Part shown: positions 51,188 through 64,000 of the stretch, one piece after another | Layout of the letters: the number at the start of each line of letters is the position of its first letter | Numbering within the stretch: position 1 is the first letter of the stretch | Source: Lytechinus pictus | Lineage: Eukaryota | Direction of reading: 5' to 3' | Assembly (NCBI RefSeq): GCF_037042905.1 | Contig: NC_087251.1 | Location: 18,106,001 to 18,170,000 of the forward strand | Length of the DNA: 64,000 bases | Translations under genes and position numbers: made by a program | Notes under the pieces: generated by a model | The model's input: the letters and a program-made list of their open reading frames with translations, nothing else | Databases searched by the model: none | Told to the model about the DNA's origin: nothing

Positions 51188-52954
51188 CAGGGGCGGATCC
51201 AGCCTTCGCCAATAGGGGGCCCCGGAATTCTTTTTCAACCACATTTTCCCGTTCGGCCACTCGAAGTTGATTTTTGTTTGTTTCTTTGAAGGGGTGGTCC
51301 TAATAGTCACTTCTAAACTTTATTCTTATAAATCATCATAAATATATAACAATCTCATCAGCCTTATTTAAATAGTGCAAGCACAAAGCGCGAACTATTT
51401 TTTTTTGTTTCAAGTATTTTGTCCTAAAATTTAAATATTCTGGGCAATGTTTGTGATCCTAAACGAGATGTATAGCCAACAAAATAATTACTGCGAGCGC
51501 GAAGCGCGAGCAGAAATTTATTACCTTAAAAATTCGAGATTTACACCTAAAAATGGGATACTATTCATGTTTTGTGAATCACGAAAATGATGAGTAATTC
51601 GAAATCTTTCTACATTAATAATGCAAGCGCAAAGCGCGAGCAGAAATTTTTTGATATATTGGACAATTATTTAAATAAAGAACAAGCTGCATATCTCAAT
51701 AAACATGCGCGATCTAAAATCTGGGCATTCTAAATACCCTTTTTTATCATGGAAATCAATAAAGCGAGCGCGAAGCACGACCTTAAGATTTGATATTCCG
51801 ATCTGAAAAAGGGTCAATTTAAGCTCTGTATTCCAAGCATCTTGTAGGAAAATTGTGAGGTGGATATGGAAAAAGAGCTGATATAAATCAATATTATTAC
51901 GATGAGTTTTGACATAAATTATAGGACCGGGACATTCTATATATTAAGAACATTATATGAAAATAATGACTATCTTCCTATTTCTCTTCCTAAGCGCGAG
52001 ATGGAACTTGTCGATATTCCATTCTGAAAAAAGGGACAGTTTGATTATTAAATTAATATCTAATTTATTAATCTAATAAGCCTAATAAGAGCGCGAAATC
52101 TGTTAATATTATGGCTTGAAAACTGGACATTTAAAGCACTTTTGTAATGAATAAGATGCATGAGTTAACATAATGTTCATTAATCAATGCGAGCGCAATC
52201 GCGAGCCGAAAATGTTGATAAACTGTCATGAAATGGGGATTTAAGAAGTTTGTTATAGAATTAATAATGAGATATACACAATCACCAATCAAAATGCGAG
52301 CGTGCAGCGCTACCTGATATGTTTTGACAATCGCTAAAGTAATCGCTAAATAAAATGGCCTATTATCATCGTTGCATGCGTATTTTGCCCAGTAGACTGG
52401 CTAGGCACCAATCAGAATTGCTATTTAAAATGAGCGATTAATCGCTAACCTTTGTGTTACGGGGACTTGAGCTGAATTGGGATATTTTGAGAACATAATG
52501 GAATACAGAAAAATAATAGGTACCTGACATAAAATTTTTATATTCAGACCAAAAATAGAAATTTTTACAGAGCACTTTTTAAAAATCAATTTGTAAAACA
52601 AACAAAATAATGAAAGTTCGATTTCCGAGCTGTAATATGTTTTGTATATTGACTTCAAAATTTGATATTTTAAGCTCCATATTGAGGAAAGTACGCGGAT
52701 CACCTAAAAGGCAATGCGAGCGCGAAGCGCGAGCGAAAATTTTATATAGTGACATGAAATATTTTTAAAATTATTTTCCAAGTCTTCCCCTCATCTTATT
52801 TTATTCACTCGTCTTCCTTCTCTTAACTTTCCCCTTCTTTTTTCTCCTCTCTTTTTCCCTTCTTTTTCTTTTTTTCTTTCTTTTCCCCTTTTAAGTTTTT
52901 TTTTTGCTTTGCCAATGGGGGGGGGGGGGGCGGGCCCCCCTGGATCCCCCTATG
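51188..52954. mobile_element. Non-autonomous DNA element with dispersed GCGAGCGCGAAGCGCGAGC mini-hairpins
   Basis: Ends CAGGGGCGGATCCAG / CTGGATCCCCCTATG. The internal motif recurs many times. Related sequence occurs at about 8050-8650 and 56230-57050. Confidence 0.6.
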
Positions 52955-54090
52955 CTATCGTAATATTTACAAATTAAATTACTTTAATCATAACTAGTGT
53001 TCGTCTAACTCGTATTCGGTAGACGATAAATTGGAAGAATAATTACCATGATTAAAATATTCCCATCTCTTTTCATTTCCTCTCTTTCTCTTTATTTGTC
53101 TCCAAAAGTTAACGACTACTCTTTCTTTTTGTCATGCCATTTGCGATATTACATGTATTATGTAATCTTTACTCGTGGTGGTCATAGCATTAAAATTTAG
53201 ATAGCATGAATAATGTCCTCGCCAAGCAAAATGTCTATCTGCCTAAAACCTTGAGAAAAAAACTCCGCAAATTCGAATCATTTTGTGTATTAAACAAGGC
53301 TTAAAGTAGACATAGATGAGTTATTCAGGCTTTGCACGAATGGCATTTTCTACGCGGCCGATAAAGCTTTCAACTTTTTAAAACATAAGAATCGTTAGGC
53401 CTACTTTCTTATTTCATTCTCAGACATTTTTTCTTCCTCATCTCAAAACAACTGTCTGTATTGAATGAATTGCTTTTAAGGGCTAATGTCGTTATTCATG
53501 AATCATTTTCCAAATTCTTACTTTTCAGTAATCCCGATAAAAAAAAATCTCCCACAATTTGTATAACATAAAATCCATTAAGTTAAGTGATGCCTTCGGA
53601 AATTAAGTTTAGCCTTAAAAAGGGTCTAAGTATAGTTATCTTCATTGATTACCAAAATGTAACAAAATATGATCAATTTATCATTGCATTTAGCACTCAA
53701 ATCATTATAAACTGTCTGGAAATGATACGGTCATTTTGTTCATCATTAAAGCACAAGAAAGATGACATTAAACACAATCGTTAAGCATATATTGTAAACT
53801 ATTTTTTTTTTCATTTTAGCTTCCAAGATTTTAGCATATGATTATATGCTCAGGTTAATCAGAGTTCCAAATATGGGTAATTAATCAGATTTGAATTTCG
53901 ATTTTAGTGATTTCCGTTTCAGATTTTCAATTTCACAAAGTCAAATACATTACAAGTAACAAGCATAGTAGAACATTATAACACAACTAATGTAAGTATT
54001 TAAGGAACACAATACAAAAAATCATTCATAATTAGTATTCAAAAGCACAAAAACATGAAAAAGGGAGCATGACGAAAGTAAAGCATATAT

Positions 54091-54300
54091 CACTGTAAAA
54101 ACTGTGGTGTTAAAACTGACACCAGTGGGTGTTAATAGAGGACCACACCCTCTGGTGTTAAAATTACACCCTAGCACTAGCGTACCTACGGGGGGGGCAG
54201 TCTGCCCCCCTGACAAGCCACAACCCATGCAAAGGACGTATCCCTGCCCCCCCTCTGACGAGCTTGAAGACCTTTATTGCCCCCCTGACGAGCTTGAAGA

Positions 54301-54335
<35 letters not shown>

Positions 54336-54483
54336 AAATAACACCAAAGAGTGTACATGTAACAACCAAAGGTGTTGCAATAACACCTATAGGTGCTAAA
54401 CTAACATTGTAAATTTAACACCGGTGTAAAATCACTGGTGTGGTCCTGTATGTACACCGGTTAACACCGCAGTTTTTGCTGTG
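54091..54483. mobile_element. MITE with CACT termini (EnSpm/CACTA-like)
   Basis: TIRs CACTGTAAAAACTGTGGTGTTAA / TTAACACCGCAGTTTTTGCTGTG. Confidence 0.6.
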
Positions 54484-54618
54484 TATAGCTTAGTACGTGA
54501 GAGGCACATTTCCCTCAAGGTATTTTTTTTCATTTATCAATTTTTTTGGGGGGCCGGGCTTTCCAAGTTTTATTGAGTGCATAAACGGCTTCCATTTTGG
54601 AATGATGACCTTTATTTT

Positions 54619-54656
<38 letters not shown>

Positions 54657-55595
54657 GGGGGGGGTTTGTCATTTTTAATTTTTAGACGAAATATCGTTTA
54701 TTTGTTAGTGATATTTTTTATTTTAGTTTTAATTATTATTTTTTGGGTGTGGGGGGCAAATAACACGCCTGTAAACAAATTCCTGGATCTGCGCCCCGTT
54801 TGACCGCATTTTTTATTCATCAGACCCGTGCAACCATGCCTATCTAACCAACAAGGGGTTATTTTTTCCCCCAATAAATTTCATCGGCTCATTAATCAAC
54901 AAGATTTTCATCACAAGGACATTGAATTGAATAAGATAATCAAACATGGAGTCATCGAATTGAAACTTACTCGGAATTTTGCAGAACAACATCAATGTAG
55001 ATGATCCAAACAGTGTGACGTGGTTACTCTCATTTTTCTGGAAAAGATGTTTAGGGATTAGTTGAATGGTGTCTCCTGATGTTGAGTTGATTTTTGGACA
55101 TGGTAGCACACATTGACTGGAATGATGGCCTAATATGATTAAGGAGAGATAGTAATACTGGTAAAGACTGCTTAATTGATTGAGAGCATGAGAACCAATC
55201 GTTTTGATTTGATTTCCAATCTTAATAACAAAAGTATACAAGTCTTATCATTTTTTTTAACATAACATAACAAAAGGCAAACATTTTCCTTTCGAAAAAA
55301 AATGTATCATGTATTTCGTGTTTGTCTACACTCTAAGATCAACGCCGTGTCTGTAAAGTTTTGTGAGCATTGGGCAAAAACTGAGGAAGTACAGTTCGCT
55401 CTGCAATATTCTCCTTATCTATTGCACTATACCGTTACCACAGAAACGCAGTACTTACTTTACTCCAAGAACATACCATCTCATAACCTCCATAATAACT
55501 ATCAAATCTCTCATCGATTTTAACTTCTTTTACCCCCTCCCCCCCAAAAAAAAAGCAGCAGGGAATAAGTTAAATGTATTTACTCGTACCCTTAC

Positions 55596-55686
55596 CCTCA
55601 GACGCAGCGATTATCCACGACATCATCATCGTCACCATCATCGGCACCATCATTAACCATGTTAACGCCGAAATGAGAACCATCAT
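55596..55686 (-). CDS. Predicted signal-peptide exon of the EGF/Caspr-like gene
   Basis: MMVLISALTWLMMVPMMVTMMMSWIIAASE-G|GTAAG is hydrophobic, and its phase 1 donor fits the EGF exon. The start may be further upstream, as the frame is open to 55821. Confidence 0.6.
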
Positions 55687-57779
55687 GAGTGTTGTCGACA
55701 CTCGACCATCTATGATATTAGTATCTCTTATCATCAAAATATTAACAGATTGCGTGGTAAATTTCAATTGCACCGTGCGAGGGAGAATGAATCCTATATT
55801 GTAATCGTAAAGCCTAGCCATCTACTCAATCAAACTAATTACTTGGTTACAGGGCCGTAGCCAGAAGCATTTTGTTGGGGGGGGGTGTACCAGCTGAATT
55901 TGCCAACTAAATTTGGCGTGACAGTACCAACGTGAGCACAGGGGGAGTCTACAATAATCACATGCTAAAAGATTTTGAATTTTTAGAATTGAATTAATGT
56001 CATTTGGTGAATACTTTATGGTAAATTATACAAAGATATACAAAGATATTTGCACTGTAAAAATAAACATTTGGATCAAAATAGAAAGGCTAGTGTGCCG
56101 TAGTTGCTAACTTGCAGTATAATTATATACCCTATGCATTAATAATATCAAAATCAAAGATTTGTTAATTTTTTATTGACCTTCTGTGCAAGATGTCTCA
56201 ACTAAAATTTCAAGAGTGCTACTGCTAACAGAGGCGTACCGTGGGTCACAGCAATGGGGGGGGGGGCACCAGCAAACATTTTGAGTCATTGTGGGCACGC
56301 GAAGCGCGCTCAATTGCCAGGTATACTGACCTAATAGAGACATTTTAAGGACTGTGCCATTAAACGGATATGTATCTTAGTGATCAAATAATGCGAGCGC
56401 GAATCGCGAGCTGAAAATGTTGGATATTCAGTCCTAAAAAGGGACATTATAAGCAAAGTTTTGTAATCATGATACGTACTGTCTCACAAAACAAACAATG
56501 CGAGCGCGAAGCGCGAGCTGAAATTTTTTATATAACTTGACCCTCAAAAGGGCCATTTTAAGGACTATCTTTTGGAATTCATGAAGTGCGTACGTATCTC
56601 ATCATAGTCATCTAATGCGAGCGCCAAGCGCTTGCTTATTTTGTTAGAATTACACCTAAGCACTTTTTGTGGTCATTGTAATCATAATCATGATACATAT
56701 TTCACTAATGAAATATTGCGGCCCAGAAGCCTGAGTTGACAATTTTTGAAATTCAGACCTGAAGAGGGGCATTCTATGGCTTGTTTGTAGGAATTTACTA
56801 TTTCACTAATCAAGTGATGCAAGCGCAAAGCGCGAGCTGAAAATTTGTTATAATTAGATCAGAAAATTTTAAGGACTGTCTTTAGGAATTCGTGCACTGC
56901 AAAAACGCCGGTGTTGATTTAACACCAGCCCGGTATCTATATCGGTCCACACCAATGCGAACGTAAGCACAGACTGGAAATGTTTTATATTAAGGCCTTA
57001 AAAGGGGGCAATCACTTTAAGTATATAGTCATGAAAAAAGTATATGTCACTACATTGGTTGATCTATAAAAGTTCTTCATAAACTAATTAATATGGCTGA
57101 AGGTGCGTTCATCCTTTGCAACACTTATTGGTGCGGTCATGAGAAGCTTGTAAGCATTCCAAGTGAGAGGAAGAATAGACTTCTTGAATTGTCAAATCTT
57201 CGGTGACAGAATTTAGTAAAAATAACTTAGAACATTTTTGGTTTTTGCCAACTGCAAACTTGTAGACAAGTCTACAAGTTGTAGACTTGTCTTCATGAAT
57301 TTGCCAACTGCAGAGTTACCAGTTTTTTAAGTCTTGTGTTCTGTTCTTTTCAAATCTGAAATGGGGCAGTACTTGTACATCACTTTGCTGACTGGTAGAG
57401 CGTTTAGTGTTCTGCCACTTTAATAGGCCCACTTTTTTAATTTGCCAACTATACTTTTGCTTTGATTATTCAACTTAAACCTTGGAAATTTATCCCACCC
57501 CATATTTCTTTACCTAGTCTTGCCTCTAATTTTACAAAACTAATGTGTTTGTTAAATCGTCAATAATTGTGGTACAATTTGCAAACTCACAAGCTTGTTT
57601 ATATTTGGGGAGGGCCAGGGGCTTATGTGTGTTATTATAGCTCCATCAGTTTTGTCCTTTGTATTTTGCTGACTAGTATAGGGCTCTAAGCCTGGCTACA
57701 TGGACTTGGATTTGCCAACTGGTTGTCTTTACTCTATAAGTCGTAACCTTCTTCGAAGTTAGTACCCCTAGTTTTCTTT

Positions 57780-57799
57780 CCCTTTTTTTTTTCTTTTTT

Positions 57800-57839
<40 letters not shown>

Positions 57840-57974
57840 TCCTTCCTTCTTTCTTTCTTTCTTTCTTTCTTTCTTTTCTTTCTTTCCCTCTTTCTTTTTC
57901 TCCCCTATCCTCCATTTTGCCAACTGGTACATGATTTTGCCGACTGCCATGAATATTGGGGGGGGGGGGGGTGT

Positions 57975-58033
<59 letters not shown>
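57780..58033. repeat. (TTTC)n and (TA)n microsatellites
   Basis: Directly visible simple repeats. Confidence 0.9.
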
Positions 58034-58036
<3 letters not shown>

Positions 58037-58086
58037 GAATAAGAAATAAACATAATAAAACGATTAAACATATATACAAAGAGAAA

Positions 58087-61000
58087 TTAATAAACACATT
58101 TACATATTAAGTTCTGAATTACATTACTTTGGGAAAAAAAGATAATCTTATATGAATGCAGAAGATATTGTTTAAGTTTTCCTTTGAAATTTTGTATTGA
58201 ATTACATTGTATAATATCCTTTGAAAAAGAATTCCATAATTTTGGACCAGTAAAAACAAATGTCTTCTGTGCAAACGATGTTCTATTCTGAGGTAAATGA
58301 AAGGAACTCGTCTGGCGAGTGAAGTGCTTATGAATTGTATCATTTTTTACAAACATATCATTAAAAGGTAACGGTAATTGTTTATTGATAAACTTGTATA
58401 TTAATTGTCCGAGTTGAAAAGAATATAAATCTTTAACCTTCAAGACTTTATTTCTCAAAAACAGAATACTTGTATGTGCCCTGAATTCTGTATGACTAAT
58501 AATACGAATCACTCTTTTTTGTAATATAAAAAGTCTATTAATTTGGGAATTCGCTGCGTTACTCCATGCAACAACTCCGTAATTTAAGTATGGTAAAATT
58601 AACGTTGAATATAATGATAACAAAATATAATGGTGTAAGAAGTGACTTAATTTTCTAATGACACCAATGTTGCGAGCAATGATTTTACAAATATTATCAA
58701 TATGTGATTTCCAAGAAAGTTTTTCATCAATGATCAGTCCCAAAAATTTAGTAGATCGCACTCTTTGAATGACAGTATAATTCAAAATTACATCTTTTGG
58801 TACAGTCGTAATCTTGTTGCTAAATAGCACATAGCTAGTTTTTTTCTAGGTTAAGAGAGAGTTTGTTAGCTGTTATCCAATTAGAAACATTTTTTAGTTC
58901 GTCATTTAATATTTGCGTCAATTGCTCTGGGTCGGGGTGCGACATAAATATATTAGAGTCATCAGCGAAAAGTATAAATTGAAGCAATCTAGATGACATA
59001 TCAATATCATTTATAAAAGTAATGAACAAAAGTGGGCCAAGAATGCTGCCTTGTGGAACTCCAAAAAGGACAGGTTTACGTTCAGAAACATTACAATCAA
59101 GTGAAACGAACTGCGAACGCCGGGTTAGATAATTCTTGAACCACTTTAGTGGTTCCCCTCTAATTCCATAATGAGAAAGTTTATAAAGGAGAATGTTATG
59201 ATCAACTGTATCGAATGCCTTTGAAAAATCTAAAAACAAACCAATCGTATTCGAAGACTTGTCATAAGCTTTGGCAACTGTTTGAACAAAAGAAAGTATT
59301 GCATGGGAAGTGCAACTCTTTTCCCGGAAACCAAATTGAGTATCGGATAGGATGTGCTTTTTAAAAAAACATATGGTTCGTATATGAACCAATTTTTCAA
59401 TAATTTTAGATAAGTTTGTAAGCAATGAAATGGGTCTGTAGTTACTTGCTAAATAACTATCACCCTTTTTGAAGACTGGTATTATCTTAGAAATGTTCAT
59501 TGATTTTAGAATATTTCCCGATGATAATGACAAATTGAATATATAAACAAGAGGGTCAATTATATAATTCATATTTTTCTGTAAAAATGTTATCAAATCC
59601 TGCACTTTTATTTAATTTTAGGCCAGATATAATTTTAATTATCTCCTGTGCGTTCGTAGGAGAGAAAAACATAGAACTTTGATTTCTATCCCCCAGATAT
59701 TGATGAAATGAATTGGAGTTTGTTGGTATACTTCTAGAGAAGTTAAATCCAACTTGTGAAAAATAATTGTTGAAAATATTTGCCATCTGAACTTTATCTT
59801 CAATAATAGAATCATTGTGCATAAGCTTAGTTATCTTTGAAAACTTTGGTCCATTATTGAGGGTAGAATTGATCGATTTCCATGTTTTTTTAGATCATTC
59901 TTGCATTGATTAAATTTATCATGGTAATGTGTCTTTTTAGCAGTACGGATAACCCCTGTTAGTATATTCTTATAATTAGTATATTGGCTCCTAGTATGCT
60001 CAGTTAATCTTGATATACAGTGCGTATTAAAAAAAAGGTTACACTTAGAAAAAATCCTGTAAAATTATACATTTGTAATATCCTGAAGTTTTTTCCACAT
60101 TTTAACATTGGTGCAGATCCATTTAAGCAAATGACGATATAACTGTCGAAAAATATTTCCGCTTGAGTGAGCACCACTTACTTTTGAAAAGTTAGTGAAA
60201 AATGATTTGCGCAGAACTTTGAAATAGTTATGCGAATAAAAGTAGACCTTAATCATGAACAACACGTGGAATTTAGCTAGTAAAATTGATTTGAAGATAT
60301 CTTTTACCTTTTTTAACTTGTTTCCTTACCGAAAACACTTCAAAGAGTGCATTGCGCCCCACCCCACTCCCCCACACACCGAGGCCATCGTGACGATATT
60401 TGCCTTACACTGAGCTGTGATTTACATGAAATGACTTACGCTTGATTTTCATTTTGTTAATCATTGTCAAGCTTGGAAAAGGTGTGGAGAAACAAGTATT
60501 AAATGAAAAATGAAATGTAAACCCATAATAAATGATAAAAACTTAGTAAAAAAATGCTGGAGATGTCTGATATAAACCTTTGTTCAGATTTAGTAATGTC
60601 CTCAGATCCAGCTGGCACAAAAGGGTAAAGTTTGTGCTTACTAAGTGTTGAAATTTCAATTTGGGTGGCAAAATTGTTACAAAATGCTTGAATGTATCCG
60701 TTTTATTTCAATTGACTAAAAGTGCAAGGGAAATGTATGAGAAATGTTTCGCAGGGTAAGTTTGATTTCGCCCTTTCCCCCTGACACAGCGTAAAAACAA
60801 GCATTTCTGCGCAAACAGATTTCTGCGAGCTTTACAAAAATGGACAGTGCTCACTCAAGTGTAACATTCTGTCAAAACTTTTACTTTCATTGGATAGATG
60901 AGACCCAAACCCAAGATTATATGTGAAAAAATTACCCACATGTTGTATATTTTTTAATTCCCAGGGCTTTTTCAAAGTGTAAACTTTTTTTTGATACGCA

Positions 61001-61391
61001 CTGTATATTTATAGTATAATCGATTTTTTTTTTCTATTTATCGAACGAAGAATTGAATTCGTTATCCAAGGTAGTCTGGGTGATCTTTTATAATTTTTGG
61101 ACTTGGGCTTTGCAAAAGGAATATTTTTATTAACATGACTCATGAAGATATCAATAAATGTTTCGTAGGAATGGTCAACACATTCTGTACTAAATACATC
61201 ATCCCAAGATTCTTCTTTTAAACTCTGTTTCAAACGAGACATAATTATATCACTATACACACGCCTCTTAGGTACATAATCGGGAAAGTTGTTTGGCTGA
61301 TATTGATAAGAACAATACATGAAAATTAGGAAATGATGGGAAATGATCAGACATGTCTGAGATAACTATACCAGCTTTAAATTCCGAACGT
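58087..61391 (-). mobile_element. Degenerate L2/Crack (CR1-group) LINE, 5'-truncated and split by a MITE
   Basis: The APE end SDHFP lies near 61350. RT motifs: NYRPISLL, QFGFR, LDFSKAFDTV, YGIRG, GVPQGSILGP, FADD. Several frameshifts are present. Confidence 0.88.
60018..61003. mobile_element. Tc1/mariner-type MITE inserted in the LINE
   Basis: ta|CAGTGCGTATTAAAAAAAAGGTTACACTT ... AAGTGTAAACTTTTTTTTGATACGCACTG|ta. Confidence 0.85.
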
Positions 61392-63613
61392 ACATTCTAA
61401 AAAGAGGGTTTACCCAATATTAGGTAAAATGGGAACATGCCGTTGAAATAGCCCAATATGGGGTAAAAAATAAATAATAAAATACCAAGGAAACATGCAT
61501 GTTCCCTTTGGGTAAAATTTTACTCATTTTTTTTAGAGTGGAGAAGAAGGGGAGATTGGAAGAAACAAGGGAAGGATTGAAGGAGATAGGAAAGGAGAGA
61601 TAGAGGTCATAAGATTAAATTTGGAGTTTAGTTTATAATGATAATGATTATTCACCGTCATAAATATATTATCTGGAGAAGGGGCTGGGGACCTTCTAAG
61701 TCTGCACCGTTATTTCACGGCCTGGTACTTTCATACAAAATAAGATTTAATAAAACCTGCAGGAGTATTAGCCTAACGAAGCAAATTATCATCAGCGTGA
61801 TTAGCTGTTTGTACAACGAAAATGCGTCTGCAATTTTCTGATCAAATTAATTGAAAATTTAATCTTTCGAATTAAAAAAAAACAGACTATAAAATCAACA
61901 GACTGGTAAATTTAACGAATCAAGCGGCAAGTGACGATCGTCTGCGCTCGCGGAGTTGTTTATTTGCGTGTCTGTGTAAGTTTATGTGAGGGTATGGAGG
62001 CCTAAGTGAGTTGAGGGTGTGGGGGAATGCGTGAGTGCGTGTGTGTGTAACTGAGGAAAGAAAGAAGGAAGGAAAACAACAACATATGTTTGTGCATTTT
62101 TATTTTAGGCTTGTTTATTTGCAATATAGTCTCGGCGGTGCATGCCGCGAATGTATACCCACCGAACATTATACTAACATAGCAGCTTGTGATATCTATG
62201 CAGCAAAATGAGCCGGCAAAAATGTCAACATTGTTATTACAAAAATCCAATTTTCTTTCAAATGTTGACATAAAATTCAGAAAAATATAATAATTTCACC
62301 CTTCTGTCCTTTTTTTTTCTTTCTCGGTCATTAAAATTTTGGGAGGACAAGCGCCCCTAAGCCCCCCCCCCCCCATCTATACGCCATTTTGCTTATAATC
62401 TTTTAAATTTCATATTGTTGTTACTATTTGATAAATAGTTTTCATCGAAACGACTAGTTCAGAAAACTAGTACTGAACACAGCCTTGAAATCGCGAAAAG
62501 CTCCCCCGGTTGTCCCGAAAGGGTGCGTTAAAGGCATAGAGATATATATTACAAGTTTGCATATCTCTATGGTTAAAGGTCAAGTCCACCTCATAAAATT
62601 TTGATTTGAGTAAATAGAGAAAATCAAACTAACATAACACTGACGATTTCATCAAAATCGGATGTAAAATAAGAAAGTTATGATATTTTTAGAATTTCGC
62701 TTGTTTTTCAAAAAGCAGTGATATGCACGAATCAGCGACGTGTAAATGAGACAGTCAAAGACTATGTCCTTCACTCACTATTTCTTTTGTTTTTTATTGT
62801 TTGAATTATATAATATTTCATTTCTTACATATTTGACAATAAGGACCGACTTGACTGAACACAATCAAACTCGTTGAATTAACTCAAGTTTAAAGAAGAT
62901 TAATAAACAAAATAAATAAAATACACATTATAAGCGAGCTTGTCGACGTAACACAAATTATAATTGAGGTTAGTCCTATATTCGTAGTCAGTGGAGTAAT
63001 AAGTAAACCATTTGAGGGAGAGGTTCTGAATAGTCGTGAGAGAGAGAGAAGCAATAGAGTCAATTTTTGTACCTTTTTAACTGATAATATAATTGTGCTA
63101 CAGATAGAACATAATGTCCTGAAAATCATTTTATATCTTACTTTTTCCCTTTCATTTCCTTTTTTTTTCTTTCTCGTTCAAGAATCTTTGAAATTGAGAA
63201 AAAATACATGTACATTAAACGAAATCAAAATGTTTACTAGTTGTAAACATGTTTAATGTCATGCCCTACTAAAATCCGTTTTTCCCGTTCATATTGTGTG
63301 CACTTTTTTGCCATATCAGTTTATTTGCAATCACACAGATGTATTTTCGTTATGTTGACTACACAGACTTGGGCAGTTTCACTACAGATGCTCTGATATT
63401 CCAAGAAAATTTCATCGATTCTTAAAAAAGTCATGTATTCAAGTTGTTTTATGTCAACAAAATAAATTACGATTTTAAAGTTTCTGAGCAACTAATCGCA
63501 TAAAGGAATTAAACATAATATTATTCAGAGCTTCAACACACAACCGGTCAGCTTCATATCAACACAATAATTTGCTAGGGTACCGGTGTACTCCAATCAT
63601 TGTTATATTATTC

Positions 63614-63792
63614 TCATTCACACTCGAGAAAGCCAAGTTCAAACTTCATCTTTTCATTTGAACTGCCAGTATCTCTGAAGTGTAGCCTTGTGACCGGAAG
63701 TCGATCTCTATCAGTTAGGTAGCCATCATCTGTTAACCACATATCTGAAGAACGGTAACAATTGCAGGGAGCATCCACGCTGTAGTGACAAG
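63614..63792 (-). CDS. Last exon of an upstream tandem paralogue of the EGF/Caspr-like gene
   Basis: Not in the ORF track. tttag|CT then CHYSVDAPCNCYRSSDMWLTDDGYLTDRDRLPVTRLHFRDTGSSNEKMKFELGFLECE*. Same phase and ending as 44884-45065. Confidence 0.88.
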
Positions 63793-64000
63793 CTAAACAG
63801 GGAAACGAAATTTAAAAAAAAATGAATTCAAGCTTTACCCACATAAAATAATGTATGTAATATCATAATAATTGTTTTCTTTGTATCCGTTTCGTGCCTA
63901 TAGATGCATCCATAGCAACTAATCAATAAACAACAACGTAACAAAAGACTTAATGGCTGATCGTCAACAAAACGGAGTGTCGAGTGAGCCTGGACGCTAG

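Noticed and set aside
54840..55241. 133-aa minus-strand ORF in the mini-Caspr intron
   Set aside because: No recognisable domain or convincing phase-compatible splice sites. It may be a decayed repeat.

Overview
AT-rich eukaryotic genomic DNA with spliceosomal introns. It is probably echinoderm (sea urchin-like), which I infer from the U2 sequence and repeat types. (1) The last eight coding exons of selenoprotein N (SELENON, + strand, 2144-17107), with an in-frame Sec UGA (SCUG), a strong SRE hairpin and a SECIS element in the 3' UTR. (2) A small minus-strand gene with two coding exons, encoding a coiled-coil (CCDC190-like) protein, with an X-box-like motif upstream. (3) A U2 snRNA gene split into pieces across about 9.2 kb (34100-43290). 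A Utopia-type, U2-targeted RLE retrotransposon sits at U2 nt 38-40 and carries two nested 8-bp-TSD DNA transposons. An intact 4-kb RTE LINE then inserted with a 398-bp near-perfect target duplication that copied the Utopia 3' end and part of U2. (4) A minus-strand tandem family of small secreted EGF + Caspr/neurexin-IV-type fibrinogen-like proteins: one complete gene, the last exon of a second, and a remnant of a third. (5) A degenerate L2/Crack-type LINE and many MITEs.
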